A DNA stretch of 64,000 bases, from positions 1 through 64,000 of the forward strand of contig CAZDTP010000008.1 of NCBI GenBank assembly GCA_964508365.1. Direction: 5' to 3'. Below the pieces are notes generated by a model. The model saw only the letters and a list, made by a program, of their open reading frames with translations, had not been told where the DNA came from and did not search any database. Below are positions 18,333 through 29,046 of the stretch, one piece after another. Position 1 is the stretch's first letter, and every line of letters begins with the position of its first letter. This DNA is from an uncultured archaeon. GTDB lineage: Archaea > Asgardarchaeota > Lokiarchaeia > Sigyniarchaeales > SOKP01. The position numbers were made by a program, and so were the translations under genes.

Positions 18333-19463
18333 TTAGTAAGAATTAGCTCTATAATTTTTATTTACTTCTTCTTTTTCAGAATCAGTTAATTGTCGTATAA
18401 CCTTAGCAGGTGAGCCAAAAGCAATAGAAAATGGAGGAATGTCATCCGATACTAATGAATTTGCTCCAATAATCGATCCTTCACCAATTGTAACTCCTGG
18501 TAATATAACTGAATATGCTCCTATTCTTGCATTTTTACATATTTTAATTGGCCCAAAACTAAAACTTCCATGTTGTATATTCATTGCATTATGAGTAAGT
18601 AATTTTACGCCTATGCCACATCCACTACCCTCTTCAAATTCTATTAATTCAGGTAATAAAGGATCAGGTAATGCTCTTTGAGAAATAGAGCAATTTTTGC
18701 TAATCTTCATTCCTGTAAATCGAAATAACATATTTCTAGCTCTTGGCCATCCGGTTAAATAGGTAATAATTAAGGAGATTAAATGATTAAAAGCACCTCG
18801 TACAAACCATGCTACAGAATACCCTTTAGACTGAAGATATTTTGCTATAATCAACATTGGTACAGGAGTGAAAACAAATTCATCTGTTTTTATATTAATA
18901 TAAGTTATTTTATCCTTAATTTCAATATCAAATTCAGGTCTTCTATGTTTCCAAATTTTTCTAGCTTTAATTAAATCTTTAAAAAAAATTAGGAAATCAA
19001 TATTTACTAAAAGCAGAAATAAACTAAGAGCAAAGGTCATAGGTAAAAAGAGTAAAAGTAACATTAGTCTTACATTAAGTGATATATCTTGATTAAACAA
19101 GACACTAGCATATGTATAATGAACTGCGATAAAAGTAACTATAACAAACCCTAATAAACTAAAAACATACATAATTGAACCAGTCATATGTTTTACTTTT
19201 GCTAAATTATATCCTAAGACATATAATACAAGTAAAAGCGAATAGCCAATGAAAATTCCACCATAAATATATAAATTATAATTATAGAAGATTGCTAATA
19301 ACCAAGGTCTTAATAATTTATATAATAGATCGATCCAGGGAATTGGCAGAAAAATATGACTTATTATTAAAAGTACAATTAGTAATGCGCTTAAAATTAA
19401 AAAAAAAAATGAAATTACAAATCCTTTCGTCCAAAATTTCATTTTACCTGAACCCTTTGACAT
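18333..19463 (-). CDS. Membrane protein fused to a hexapeptide-repeat (LbH) acyltransferase domain
   Basis: 4 N-terminal TMs; C-terminal IGAYSVILPGVTIGEGSIIGANSLV..DIPP..IAFGSPAKVIR. Confidence 0.85.
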   Translation of the reverse strand: MSKGSGKMKFWTKGFVISFFFLILSALLIVLLIISHIFLPIPWIDLLYKLLRPWLLAIFYNYNLYIYGGIFIGYSLLLVLYVLGYNLAKVKHMTGSIMYVFSLLGFVIVTFIAVHYTYASVLFNQDISLNVRLMLLLLFLPMTFALSLFLLLVNIDFLIFFKDLIKARKIWKHRRPEFDIEIKDKITYINIKTDEFVFTPVPMLIIAKYLQSKGYSVAWFVRGAFNHLISLIITYLTGWPRARNMLFRFTGMKISKNCSISQRALPDPLLPELIEFEEGSGCGIGVKLLTHNAMNIQHGSFSFGPIKICKNARIGAYSVILPGVTIGEGSIIGANSLVSDDIPPFSIAFGSPAKVIRQLTDSEKEEVNKNYRANSY

Positions 19464-19573
19464 TGTCTTAATTTTGTATCAATTAATTATTTAATCAATC
19501 TACTATTTATGTAGAATAATAACACATCATCTTCTAATAATATATAAATTTTCTGTTATTCCTTTGATAAGAA

Positions 19574-20326
19574 ATGAATTATAAACCAAATATAACAGTT
19601 ATTATCCCTACTTATAATGAGGAAAATAATGTAAAGAACACACTAACAGCAATTAAACGGCAAAAGTGTGATCTTACTTATGAAATAATTGTAGTTGATG
19701 GACAAAGCACAGATAATACTGTACCAATATCCAAAAATATTGCGAAAGTGTATATATCACCAAAAAAAGGTAAAGCGTTTCAATTGAACTATGTTGTCTC
19801 TAAAACATCTGGCGAATTGCTCATATTTTTAGATGCAGATACGATAATAAATCCATATTTCTTTCAAAAAATTTTTAATATCTTTAAAACTCATAAAAAT
19901 TTATATGCTTGTAGTGCGAGAGTTAAGTATTATAATGGAAAGGCATTTTCATTTAAGCTAGCCTCGCAGAGATTTATTATCACACAATATTTTTTTCTTA
20001 ACATCATTATGCATGTTTATTATCTTTTAAAAACACTATTGGGATTTCCTGAACTTTCTGGGTGTAATATAATCGTTAGAAAAGATATATTTTTAAAAAC
20101 AAGAGGATTTATGTCACCTCCAAACTCCTTAGGAATTGACAAAGTTTTCTCAGATTCTTTAATATGTCTAATCAGAAAAATGAAAAAGGGTAAAATTAAG
20201 ACCCTAAGTTTTATATCAGTATTAACAAGTGGAAGAAATTTAACTATTAAACGTAGTTTAAAACGAATTAGCCAATATTTCTCAAAAAAAGATATTTATT
20301 ATGCATTAGCAAAAAAAATTGAATAG
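19574..20326 (+). CDS. GT2 glycosyltransferase
   Basis: VIIPTYNEE, IIVVDGQSTDNT, FLDAD, and TSGR. Confidence 0.9.
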   Translation: MNYKPNITVIIPTYNEENNVKNTLTAIKRQKCDLTYEIIVVDGQSTDNTVPISKNIAKVYISPKKGKAFQLNYVVSKTSGELLIFLDADTIINPYFFQKIFNIFKTHKNLYACSARVKYYNGKAFSFKLASQRFIITQYFFLNIIMHVYYLLKTLLGFPELSGCNIIVRKDIFLKTRGFMSPPNSLGIDKVFSDSLICLIRKMKKGKIKTLSFISVLTSGRNLTIKRSLKRISQYFSKKDIYYALAKKIE

Positions 20327-20418
20327 ATGATTTAATATAGCAAAGAATTTTCCGTTTGATTGAAAAATAATCGATATTTACAACTTTCAAGTTATTAAAA
20401 ATAAATGATAAAGGAGAA

Positions 20419-21876
20419 ATGATGAATTCGATTTTAATTTATCCACAACTTGAATTTGCAAAGGTCCAGATCCCTACTCCACCTTATTCTATTTTATTTA
20501 TTGCTGATTACCTACTTAAAAGAAATGTGGAAGTGAAAATCTTCGATTTACGATTTGATAAATTTTCTCAAGTATTTGACGCCATTTCCAATAATGACCC
20601 TGAATTTATTGGCATTTCAGTAATGACGGGGCCACAAATTTATTACGCTCTGAAGATCTGTGAATCTATCAAGAAAGAATTTAATAAAATTAAAATAGTT
20701 TGGGGTGGTATTCACTCAACTATTCTTCCAACTCAAACTCTTCAAAATGAATTCATTGATTTTGTTATTCGAGGTGAAGGAGAAAAAGCTTATCACGAAC
20801 TAGTAAGTGGTAAAAATATAAATCAAATTAAAGGTCTCTCATTAAAGAAAGGTAAAAAAATATTCCATAATCCTAATTATAACCAGTTAACAAGTTCTGA
20901 AATAAATAAATTGAGTATACCTTGGACTTTAATAAATCCTAAGCGCTATATAAGAAATGGGAATTTTAATATTATAACAAGTCGGGGTTGTCCTTTTAAA
21001 TGTGCTTTTTGCTATAATACACTATTTAATAATGTGTGGAGAGGATGGACGGCTGAAAAATGCATTCAAGAGCTTGATAAAAGCTTAGATTTTGGCGCTA
21101 AGAAAATTACTTTCTATGATGATTATTTTTTTGCTAACTCAAAACGGATTAAAATTCTTTTTAACTATTTTAAGGAACAAGACATCAAATGGAAAGCAGA
21201 ATTACGCGTTAATCGCCTAGATTATTCATTAGCTGAAGAAGCAAAAAGTCATGGCTGTGTTCAAATGTATTTTGGAGCAGAATCAGGTTCTCAACGAGTC
21301 TTAAATATTTTGAATAAAAACATTTCAATAAAAGACATAATTCAAAGTGCAAAAATTACACGAGATACAGATATTAGTGCTGATTATAGTTGGATGATTG
21401 GAATACCCGGTGAAACTAAAACAGACGTAAAAAAAACTATTGCTTTAATAAAAAAAATTAAAGAGATTAATCCTAAATGTGAATTTTCAGTAAAAATACT
21501 CTTTCCTTATCCAAAAACCGTAATTTATAATGATGCTAAACAGATAGGCTTCAAACCACCATCTAATCTTCTTAATTGGGGAAAAATTAGGAGAGATCAA
21601 GCATCAAATTATTTAAAAAATAAAAATCAACTGGAAATGATTTCAATTACTAGTGCTATCATAGGTAGGAAAGTTTTTGAACAAGAAAGTATACCAATTT
21701 TTAAATTGCTTAGATTTATAGCAAAGTTTAGGTGGAATTATGAAGTTTTTAGCGTTGGATTTGAAAATATTTTCTTTAAAATTTTTAGAGATTTAATTGA
21801 TAAAGTAATTAGTAGAAAAAATTCTGTTGAATATGATCCATTTACACATAAATTTATATCAGTAAAGGAAGATTAG
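20419..21876 (+). CDS. B12-binding radical SAM protein 2
   Basis: WGGIHST, IRGEGE, TSRGCPFKCAFC, DDYF, GAESG. Confidence 0.9.
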   Translation: MMNSILIYPQLEFAKVQIPTPPYSILFIADYLLKRNVEVKIFDLRFDKFSQVFDAISNNDPEFIGISVMTGPQIYYALKICESIKKEFNKIKIVWGGIHSTILPTQTLQNEFIDFVIRGEGEKAYHELVSGKNINQIKGLSLKKGKKIFHNPNYNQLTSSEINKLSIPWTLINPKRYIRNGNFNIITSRGCPFKCAFCYNTLFNNVWRGWTAEKCIQELDKSLDFGAKKITFYDDYFFANSKRIKILFNYFKEQDIKWKAELRVNRLDYSLAEEAKSHGCVQMYFGAESGSQRVLNILNKNISIKDIIQSAKITRDTDISADYSWMIGIPGETKTDVKKTIALIKKIKEINPKCEFSVKILFPYPKTVIYNDAKQIGFKPPSNLLNWGKIRRDQASNYLKNKNQLEMISITSAIIGRKVFEQESIPIFKLLRFIAKFRWNYEVFSVGFENIFFKIFRDLIDKVISRKNSVEYDPFTHKFISVKED

Positions 21877-22031
21877 AAATATTTGCCTAAATCTGTTGAA
21901 TTCTTCATCAGATTTAACAAGATTCCCATTTAAACGGGAGAAGTTTTTATTATATCTTTTCAATATAATAAAGAATATATATGTATTAGATCATTTTTTT
22001 CTTAATATAAATAATATTAAGTGAAAATTTA

Positions 22032-22517
22032 ATGGCATATCAAGACTACAGTAAAATGTTTAGCTGTCCTAAATGTGGGGCTATTGGTAATATTTATCTA
22101 GTGAAAGTCGCTGGTAGTAAAGTTATCGTTAAACAACGGTGCCCTGTTCATGGTAGCAGAGCTTTCAAAGTTCCATTAAAGGAAAAAGATAACTATATTC
22201 ATCTCATTCAAGATGCTGTTTTTCGATGTTATAAATGTGGACAGGAAGCTAAACAAAGTTATGTTAAAGTTTCAGCACCTTGGACCTTACTTAAAACTTC
22301 TTGTCCAACTCACGGAGCGATAACCACTCAAAAAATTTGGAGTTCTATTTACAACGAAATTTCTAGTCAAGGAGCTGCAATGCCACAACCAGCCCAACCA
22401 GAACCTTCCCAAATAGAAACTATGTCAAGTGAAAAAACGGTGTTTTGCCCAAATTGTGGCTCTGAATTGACGGATTCAGGAAGTTTTTGTGGGGAATGTG
22501 GTTCAAAATTAAACTAA
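22032..22517 (+). CDS. Multi-metal-finger protein (2x CxxC...CPxHG plus C-terminal zinc ribbon)
   Basis: CPKC..CPVHG, CYKC..CPTHG, CPNCG..CGECG. Confidence 0.75.
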   Translation: MAYQDYSKMFSCPKCGAIGNIYLVKVAGSKVIVKQRCPVHGSRAFKVPLKEKDNYIHLIQDAVFRCYKCGQEAKQSYVKVSAPWTLLKTSCPTHGAITTQKIWSSIYNEISSQGAAMPQPAQPEPSQIETMSSEKTVFCPNCGSELTDSGSFCGECGSKLN

Positions 22518-22634
22518 ATGATTTTTTTTATTTTTTCAGCCCTATATTTTTTGAAAATATTAAAATAATTTTATAAAAATAGAATTGAAATAAAAATAAA
22601 AAGTTAAAATTAAAAATATATAGATAGAACTATT

Positions 22635-23117
22635 TTAGATTCTTGAATCACTTGTAGGCGGATCTGTGTCTCCTATATTCTGGTTGAATAAGTCTGACAT
22701 AATTTGGTAGAAATTTGATCTTCTTTGCAAAAAATGACCTTTCTCCTCATCTTTATTTTGATTTACTACAAAGAGCCATTTCTTTAGTTTAGGATTACCT
22801 TTGCCATCAAATTTTAAAGTCCCATCTTTCTCTCTTACTTTTATATATGCATAAATGACACCTTCTTTTTTTAGGTCAATTCTACCTACATCGTGCCATC
22901 GTACCCACTTACTTTTTCCCATCGTATACATCGAAGTTCTCATCCCCCCTGTTATCCTCCAAGCAATCCCGACGTTACTTGCAATGATAAACCCATTGTC
23001 TTTGTCGAGTTTGCATTTTGAGGTTATAACGGGATCGCCTACTGGATCTGAACTTAACATTTTTTCAAATTTATCAACTCTATCACGAGAAACCTCCCAA
23101 CCATTCATTATTGGCAT
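22635..23117 (-). CDS. Hypothetical protein, possibly PH-like beta fold
   Basis: 160-aa soluble ORF with RBS GGTGG; beta-strand pattern plus C-terminal helix; fold assignment is speculative. Confidence 0.55.
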   Translation of the reverse strand: MPIMNGWEVSRDRVDKFEKMLSSDPVGDPVITSKCKLDKDNGFIIASNVGIAWRITGGMRTSMYTMGKSKWVRWHDVGRIDLKKEGVIYAYIKVREKDGTLKFDGKGNPKLKKWLFVVNQNKDEEKGHFLQRRSNFYQIMSDLFNQNIGDTDPPTSDSRI

Positions 23118-23365
23118 TTTACCACCCTTTAATTTTTATTCTTAATTTCTAAATTAATTAATATTCTAAATAACAACAGAAAACTATATAACAATTTTCT
23201 TTTTTTGGCTCTCTTTAAATATATTTATCAAGTTTAGATCGCTATAATTTATAAATTTTTAAGAAATACAGATTGACTTTTAACAAATATAATCTTTAAA
23301 ATTAAAGAGATTAAGTGTTTTTTAAAATATAAGATATATTAGGTCTTTAGATTTAGGCTTACATA

Positions 23366-24139
23366 ATGAAAATTGTATTAACCTTTGATATTGAAAGGGA
23401 CATTCCAGGAGTATTTAACTCTTATTTTGGAGTAAAGATTGGATTATTGAAAATATTAAAAATATTAGATGAATTCAACATCAAAGGTACTTTTTTTTGT
23501 ACTGGAGACATAACTGAACATTTACCGGAGTATGTAAAATTAATTGAATTTAAAGATCATGAAATTGCTTGTCATAGTTTAAATCATGAACGCTTAAATC
23601 AGCTAGATTATAATAATTGTTATCAATTGATCTATCAGAATAAGAAACTTATAGAGAATCTCTGTCAACATTCAGAGATAATTGGGTTTAGAGCGCCTTA
23701 TCTAAAACCTCCTTTATTTCTACTTAAAATTTTAGCTAATTTAGGTTTTAAATATGATTCCTCAATACATTCCCAGAGAAATTTGAAAAAATACCCAATG
23801 AATGATTCCCAAATCTATGAATTTCCTCCTTCAAATTTTAATATATTTTTTAGGTTCCCTATAAATCTTCAATTTCTCTCTAAAAGGATCTTTAAAAAGA
23901 ATTTAACAGTGTTATATTTTCATCCATGGGAAGCAATAAATATGAAAGCTCTTTTTTTCAATCAAACAAGCCTATTTAATAAATACAAAAATCTTATTAT
24001 TAGGCCCGATCGTTGGGTTAATACAGGAGATAGATTTATAAAAAGATTAAGAAATTTTATCAAGGAAGCTCTTTCTAAAAAAGTAGAATTTGTTACTCTA
24101 AAGGATTTAATGATTTATAAAGAGAGAACACTTACATAA
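23366..24139 (+). CDS. Polysaccharide deacetylase (CE4/NodB) family protein
   Basis: TFDIE, HEIACHSLNH, GFRAP, YDSS and YFHPWE motifs. Confidence 0.9.
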   Translation: MKIVLTFDIERDIPGVFNSYFGVKIGLLKILKILDEFNIKGTFFCTGDITEHLPEYVKLIEFKDHEIACHSLNHERLNQLDYNNCYQLIYQNKKLIENLCQHSEIIGFRAPYLKPPLFLLKILANLGFKYDSSIHSQRNLKKYPMNDSQIYEFPPSNFNIFFRFPINLQFLSKRIFKKNLTVLYFHPWEAINMKALFFNQTSLFNKYKNLIIRPDRWVNTGDRFIKRLRNFIKEALSKKVEFVTLKDLMIYKERTLT

Positions 24140-24230
24140 TTTATAACATGTGGGTTTATCTCAAAATCTTATAAGAAATTAATTCGTTACTTTGTTATTG
24201 ATAGATAACAAGGATATTAAATTCGAAAAC

Positions 24231-25715
24231 TTATTTATGAAAAGTTTTAGTTGTTTTAGAAGATTTTAATGGAGATCTTGAACCCATCTCATATTTCATT
24301 CGTCTAATATTTATTAAAAAGCTTAATAAATCCTTTATGACACTAAAATTTTTTCTTGAATGCAATAAAAATTTTATTCCTTTCCTCTTTAAAAGCCTTA
24401 TTAAAGTATCTTTCCAACCTCTTTTAAAATATCCATAATAATATGCTTTAGATAAAAATTGTTCTAATTCTTCCTTTGATAATTTATTTAGTCGATTCAC
24501 GGCTGTTGTAAAATTATAATCACTCCAATTATTAGATAATAAGTATTCTTTTTCAATTAGATCGTCTCTAAACTTCGTGCCGGGCAATGGAGTCATTATG
24601 GAGTAAAGCGGGAAGTCTATCCCTAATTTCCTAACTATTTTTATCATTATATCTGTATCTTTTTCTTCTTCCTCAAAGGAAGAACCTACTAATAAACTGC
24701 CAATTGTTACAATTTCATTGTCATGGAGTATTTTGATTGCTTCCACAATATCTCTAAATTTTACTTGCTTATGAATATCATTCAGAGATTTTTGATTAAA
24801 GGATTCGATACCAAGAAAGAAAAGCCAAAAACCTGCTTTAGACATTTTCTTAATTATATTTGAATTCTTTTTAATAACATCAATTCTACTTTGACATATA
24901 AAATCTAATTTAATACCTTCTTTAATGATTAGGTCACAAATTTTCTCTACTCTCTTCATATTTGCAGTGAAATTGTCATCCACTATTAGAACATTTTGAC
25001 CCTTTTTTTGACTTGAAATGATTTTTAACTCTTGAATAACCCGTTCTATACTTTTCGTTCTATAAGTTCCTCTATAAAACAGATGTATATTACAGAAAGT
25101 ACATTTAAATGGACATCCCCTTGATGTTTCAATCACATCTATAGGCATCTGAAAAATCTGATGGTAAGACTTTTTATTTCTTAATTTTCTTGCTAGTAAC
25201 GGTAATTTATTTAAATCCTTGATTAAAGGACGATCTGGGTTATTTATTATATTCCCATTATTTTTATATGAAATTCCTTTTATCTCTTCTAAATTACTGT
25301 TTTTAATTATTTCCCGAAAAGTAATTTCCCCTTCTCCGCGAACTATAACATCTACAAAGGAATTTTTCAATACTTCATAATGATCAAAACTTGGATGCCA
25401 TCCTCCTAACACAGTTGAATAACCTTGCTTTTTTGATTCTTTTGCGATTCTTAAGGCAAAATTAATACCTATTGTGAAACAACATGAAATTCCAACAATA
25501 TCTGGCCTAAATTCGTTAATTTCTTTCATTATTTCCTTAGTTTTTAAATTCCTGACTTTACCATTGACTATCTTCACTTTTACTATATCCAAAATATTTG
25601 CTGCTATGGATTCTAATCCCAAAGCAGGAATGGTAAAGGTATCAGTGATACTCTTAGTAATGAAATTTGGATTTATTAAAGCAACTTTTTGGATTTTTTT
25701 ATCAATTAATTTCAT
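24231..25715 (-). CDS. B12-binding radical SAM protein 3
   Basis: GGWHPS, RGEGE, TSRGCPFKCTFC, VDDNF, GIES, TPLPGT. Confidence 0.9.
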   Translation of the reverse strand: MKLIDKKIQKVALINPNFITKSITDTFTIPALGLESIAANILDIVKVKIVNGKVRNLKTKEIMKEINEFRPDIVGISCCFTIGINFALRIAKESKKQGYSTVLGGWHPSFDHYEVLKNSFVDVIVRGEGEITFREIIKNSNLEEIKGISYKNNGNIINNPDRPLIKDLNKLPLLARKLRNKKSYHQIFQMPIDVIETSRGCPFKCTFCNIHLFYRGTYRTKSIERVIQELKIISSQKKGQNVLIVDDNFTANMKRVEKICDLIIKEGIKLDFICQSRIDVIKKNSNIIKKMSKAGFWLFFLGIESFNQKSLNDIHKQVKFRDIVEAIKILHDNEIVTIGSLLVGSSFEEEEKDTDIMIKIVRKLGIDFPLYSIMTPLPGTKFRDDLIEKEYLLSNNWSDYNFTTAVNRLNKLSKEELEQFLSKAYYYGYFKRGWKDTLIRLLKRKGIKFLLHSRKNFSVIKDLLSFLINIRRMKYEMGSRSPLKSSKTTKTFHK

Positions 25716-25915
25716 TTATTAACCCATTTTCAGAAGTTGGAAAAAAAGATTCTTTCATTTAATTTTACAAATACATATATATATCTTAGTAAGTATATCA
25801 AAAGTTATTTTAATTATAAGATTTGTTTTTCACCTTTAATATTATAAAAAGAATTGAAATGAGATGGTTTTATTTTAAAGGATAAATTTACAGTGTTATT
25901 AGTTATTATTTTCAA

Positions 25916-27400
25916 TTGAAATTAGGATTGACTTTTTTGAAGATATCATTAATTTTTCCAAAACCCCCAGAAAAAGGTACATTTTGTGGCACAGTTAAAG
26001 AGGCTGAGAAATATAACAAAGAGAAAATAGAATTCTATGGATTTCCGCCTATGGGTATTTTGTACCTCGGTACCTATTTAAGTGAAAATAATTTTGATGT
26101 ATCCATACTTGATCAATTTGCTAGGGATTTATCGATTGAAGAAACATTAAAATGGATAAAACGTGAAGACCCTGATATTTTAGGTTTTTCGACGATAACT
26201 ACTGCAGGAACTGGAAGAAGCTCTGCAGAAATTGCTAGAAGAGTAAAAGAAGAAATAAATCCAAATGTTAAGATTTTATTTGGGAATTATCATGCGACAT
26301 TCAACGATACTAGAATATTATATAAGTACCCATTTATTGATGCTTGCGTAAGAGGAGAGGGGGAAAAGACGCTATTAGAAATTGCCGAAAAAACTGAGAA
26401 AGGTAGGGGTTTTGAAGACATAAGAGGTTTAACATATAGAGATAATGGTAGAGTTATTAGAAATAATGATAGACCTCTTTTAGAAAATATTGACAACCTT
26501 CCATTTCCAAATAGAAAATTATTAGGAAATGTGGAATATAAAAATAAAGTTGAAGGTCTTGATCTCTCTATAGGAAAATTTACTTCTATTGCGTCATCAA
26601 GAGGATGTGCATTTAAATGTTCTTTTTGTTCAAGTTCCATGTTTTGGGGTAATTGGCGTCCAAGGTCTCCAGAAAATATAGTACAAGAATTATCCATTCT
26701 AGAAGAACAAGGTTATTATAACTTGCTCTGGGTTGATGATAACTTTACTATAAGTAAAAAAAGGTTAATGGAGCTATCAAATTTACTAAAGTATGAAAAA
26801 TTAGAATTTGATTGGATGGCAGAAGGGAGAGTTACTCAAAGTTCAATAGAACTATTAAGTGCTATGAAACAGATGGGATGTAAAATTCTGAGTTATGGTG
26901 TCGAAAGTGGATCTCAAAGAATTTTAGATTGGTATAATAAGAAAATTAATTTAAATCAAGTTTATGATGCTATAAAGAATTCCAAAAAAATTGGAATTGA
27001 TATGATTTTAGCGAATTTTATAGTTGGTGCGCCAATTGAAACTCGTGAAGAAATTATTAATACCTTAAATTTTTCACTCAAATTGGATATTGACTTTCCA
27101 CAATTTCATATTCTAGGTATAATCCCTGGAAATTGGATTTGGGATCAGATGGTAAAAGAAAAAAGAATTAACCCAGATGAATGTTGGGAAGTCGGTACTG
27201 CTGTGCTTCCCATTCCTTTAAGTGAATTAATGTTACGAATAAGAGAGACTCATAAGAAATTTATGTTACGACCCAATTACATCTCCCGGCAAATTCTTAA
27301 AACCATAAAAAGTAGATATAGGTTAAAAGTAATTAGTCATAACTTTAAAAATGTAAAGCATTGGGATTTATGGAATCGTTGGAAACCATTCTGGGGATGA
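25916..27400 (+). CDS. B12-binding radical SAM protein 4
   Basis: PPMG, GNYHAT, RGEGE, SSRGCAFKCSFC, VDDNF, GVESG. Confidence 0.9.
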   Translation: MKLGLTFLKISLIFPKPPEKGTFCGTVKEAEKYNKEKIEFYGFPPMGILYLGTYLSENNFDVSILDQFARDLSIEETLKWIKREDPDILGFSTITTAGTGRSSAEIARRVKEEINPNVKILFGNYHATFNDTRILYKYPFIDACVRGEGEKTLLEIAEKTEKGRGFEDIRGLTYRDNGRVIRNNDRPLLENIDNLPFPNRKLLGNVEYKNKVEGLDLSIGKFTSIASSRGCAFKCSFCSSSMFWGNWRPRSPENIVQELSILEEQGYYNLLWVDDNFTISKKRLMELSNLLKYEKLEFDWMAEGRVTQSSIELLSAMKQMGCKILSYGVESGSQRILDWYNKKINLNQVYDAIKNSKKIGIDMILANFIVGAPIETREEIINTLNFSLKLDIDFPQFHILGIIPGNWIWDQMVKEKRINPDECWEVGTAVLPIPLSELMLRIRETHKKFMLRPNYISRQILKTIKSRYRLKVISHNFKNVKHWDLWNRWKPFWG

Positions 27401-27436
27401 ACTTCAAGAAGAATATAGTGTATCTAAAAAACATTT

Positions 27437-28906
27437 TTATACATTATCTGGGTTCCAAAATGATTTCACTCCATGGAAATCCTCAAAATTCTTTATATTA
27501 TGTGAAAGTATCTTGAGCATTGAAAAGAATTTATAAGAGCTAGTGGTACTTCTATAAATAGTTTTTATCAAATATTTTGGATTCATAAAAAAACCTTTTA
27601 GCATTTCTAGTATTAAGTTAGAAATCTTTTCAGTTGGAACTCCATTAGGGTCTATATCGGATATATGAACTCCTTCTTCCCAATATTTGTCTTCATCAAG
27701 AATATTTTTCTCAACCAACTCATCCCAAATATCGGTTCCAGGCATTGTCCCTAGGAGATTATAGACTGGAAAGTCAATATCCAATTTTTGAGCGAATTTT
27801 AAGGTATTATATATCTCTGAAAACGTTTCACCTGGTGCACCAACAATGAATGAGCCTAAGATGAATGGAATTTTTGCCTTACGAGTTTTTTTTACCGCAA
27901 TAATTGATTGGGATGGTGTTATGTTTTTTCTATAATAATTGAGAATTCTCTGATTCGCACTTTCTATCCCATAAAACATAATTCTGCAATTAGCTCTCTG
28001 CATTTCCCGTAACATCTCATCAGACACTTGATTTACTCTTCCCTCGCAAATCCAATCCATATCTATTTTATGTTTTCGCATTAATCGACAGAGTTTTATC
28101 ACTCTTTTCTTCGAGACAGTGAAGTTATCATCTACAAAATTTAGATAATTATACCCCTCACTCTCTAAAAATAGAATTTCTTCCATTATATTCTCTACTG
28201 AACGCGTTCTAAATCCCACAGTTCTTTTTCCATAACAAAAGGAACAATGATAAGGACATCCTCGAGAAGAAGTCATTGATGTAAATCCTTTAGGTGCAAG
28301 CTCTAGACCACCAAAACTCCCAGTATATTCCATTTTTAAAGCTTTTCTATCCGGAAAAGGTATTGCATCAAGATCTTTGGTCAAAGGACGCTCTTCATTT
28401 CTCTTTATCTTTCCATTATCTCTATAGGTTAACCCCTTAATATCCTTTAATGATTGATTTTTTTCTAATGCTCTAGTTAATTCCAGAAAGGTAAATTCTC
28501 CCTCACCTCTTACACAAATATCAACTTCAGGATATTTGTTTAAAATCCTATAATCATTATGATTTACATGCCGATTTCCAAATACTATTTTAATATTTGG
28601 GTTCCATTTCTTTACCTCAATCGAAGTTAATGCGGCACTAATTCCCGATCCCGAAGCCGTTAAAGTAGAAAAACCTAAAACATCGGGATCTTTTTTTTTA
28701 ATCCATTTTACTATTTGGGTCAAATTGAAACCCATGGCAGCTTGATCAATTAAATCAACTTGATAATTCTCATTCTTTAATACAGAACTTAAGTAACAAA
28801 TTCCTAAAGGCGGATAAATATGATCTGCATTTGCAACAATTCTGCCTCTCTCTAAAATTTCTCCAGGTCCAGGGTTTACTAAAGCGACTTTAAAGACTTT
28901 CACCAC
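27437..28906 (-). CDS. B12-binding radical SAM protein 5, close paralog of protein 4 and convergent with it
   Basis: PPLG, GNRH, RGEGE, SSRGCPYHCSFC, VDDNF, GIES, PGT. Confidence 0.9.
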   Translation of the reverse strand: MVKVFKVALVNPGPGEILERGRIVANADHIYPPLGICYLSSVLKNENYQVDLIDQAAMGFNLTQIVKWIKKKDPDVLGFSTLTASGSGISAALTSIEVKKWNPNIKIVFGNRHVNHNDYRILNKYPEVDICVRGEGEFTFLELTRALEKNQSLKDIKGLTYRDNGKIKRNEERPLTKDLDAIPFPDRKALKMEYTGSFGGLELAPKGFTSMTSSRGCPYHCSFCYGKRTVGFRTRSVENIMEEILFLESEGYNYLNFVDDNFTVSKKRVIKLCRLMRKHKIDMDWICEGRVNQVSDEMLREMQRANCRIMFYGIESANQRILNYYRKNITPSQSIIAVKKTRKAKIPFILGSFIVGAPGETFSEIYNTLKFAQKLDIDFPVYNLLGTMPGTDIWDELVEKNILDEDKYWEEGVHISDIDPNGVPTEKISNLILEMLKGFFMNPKYLIKTIYRSTTSSYKFFSMLKILSHNIKNFEDFHGVKSFWNPDNV

Positions 28907-29046
28907 GTAGATATCGATATATTAATGTATATTCAATATTTTAAATTAAAAATCTATGTTGAATACCTTTTTATTATTCTTAAATAATTTAACTTTAATC
29001 AAAGATTTGTTTTTTCTTTCACAATTTTTAACTGAATTATTACTAG

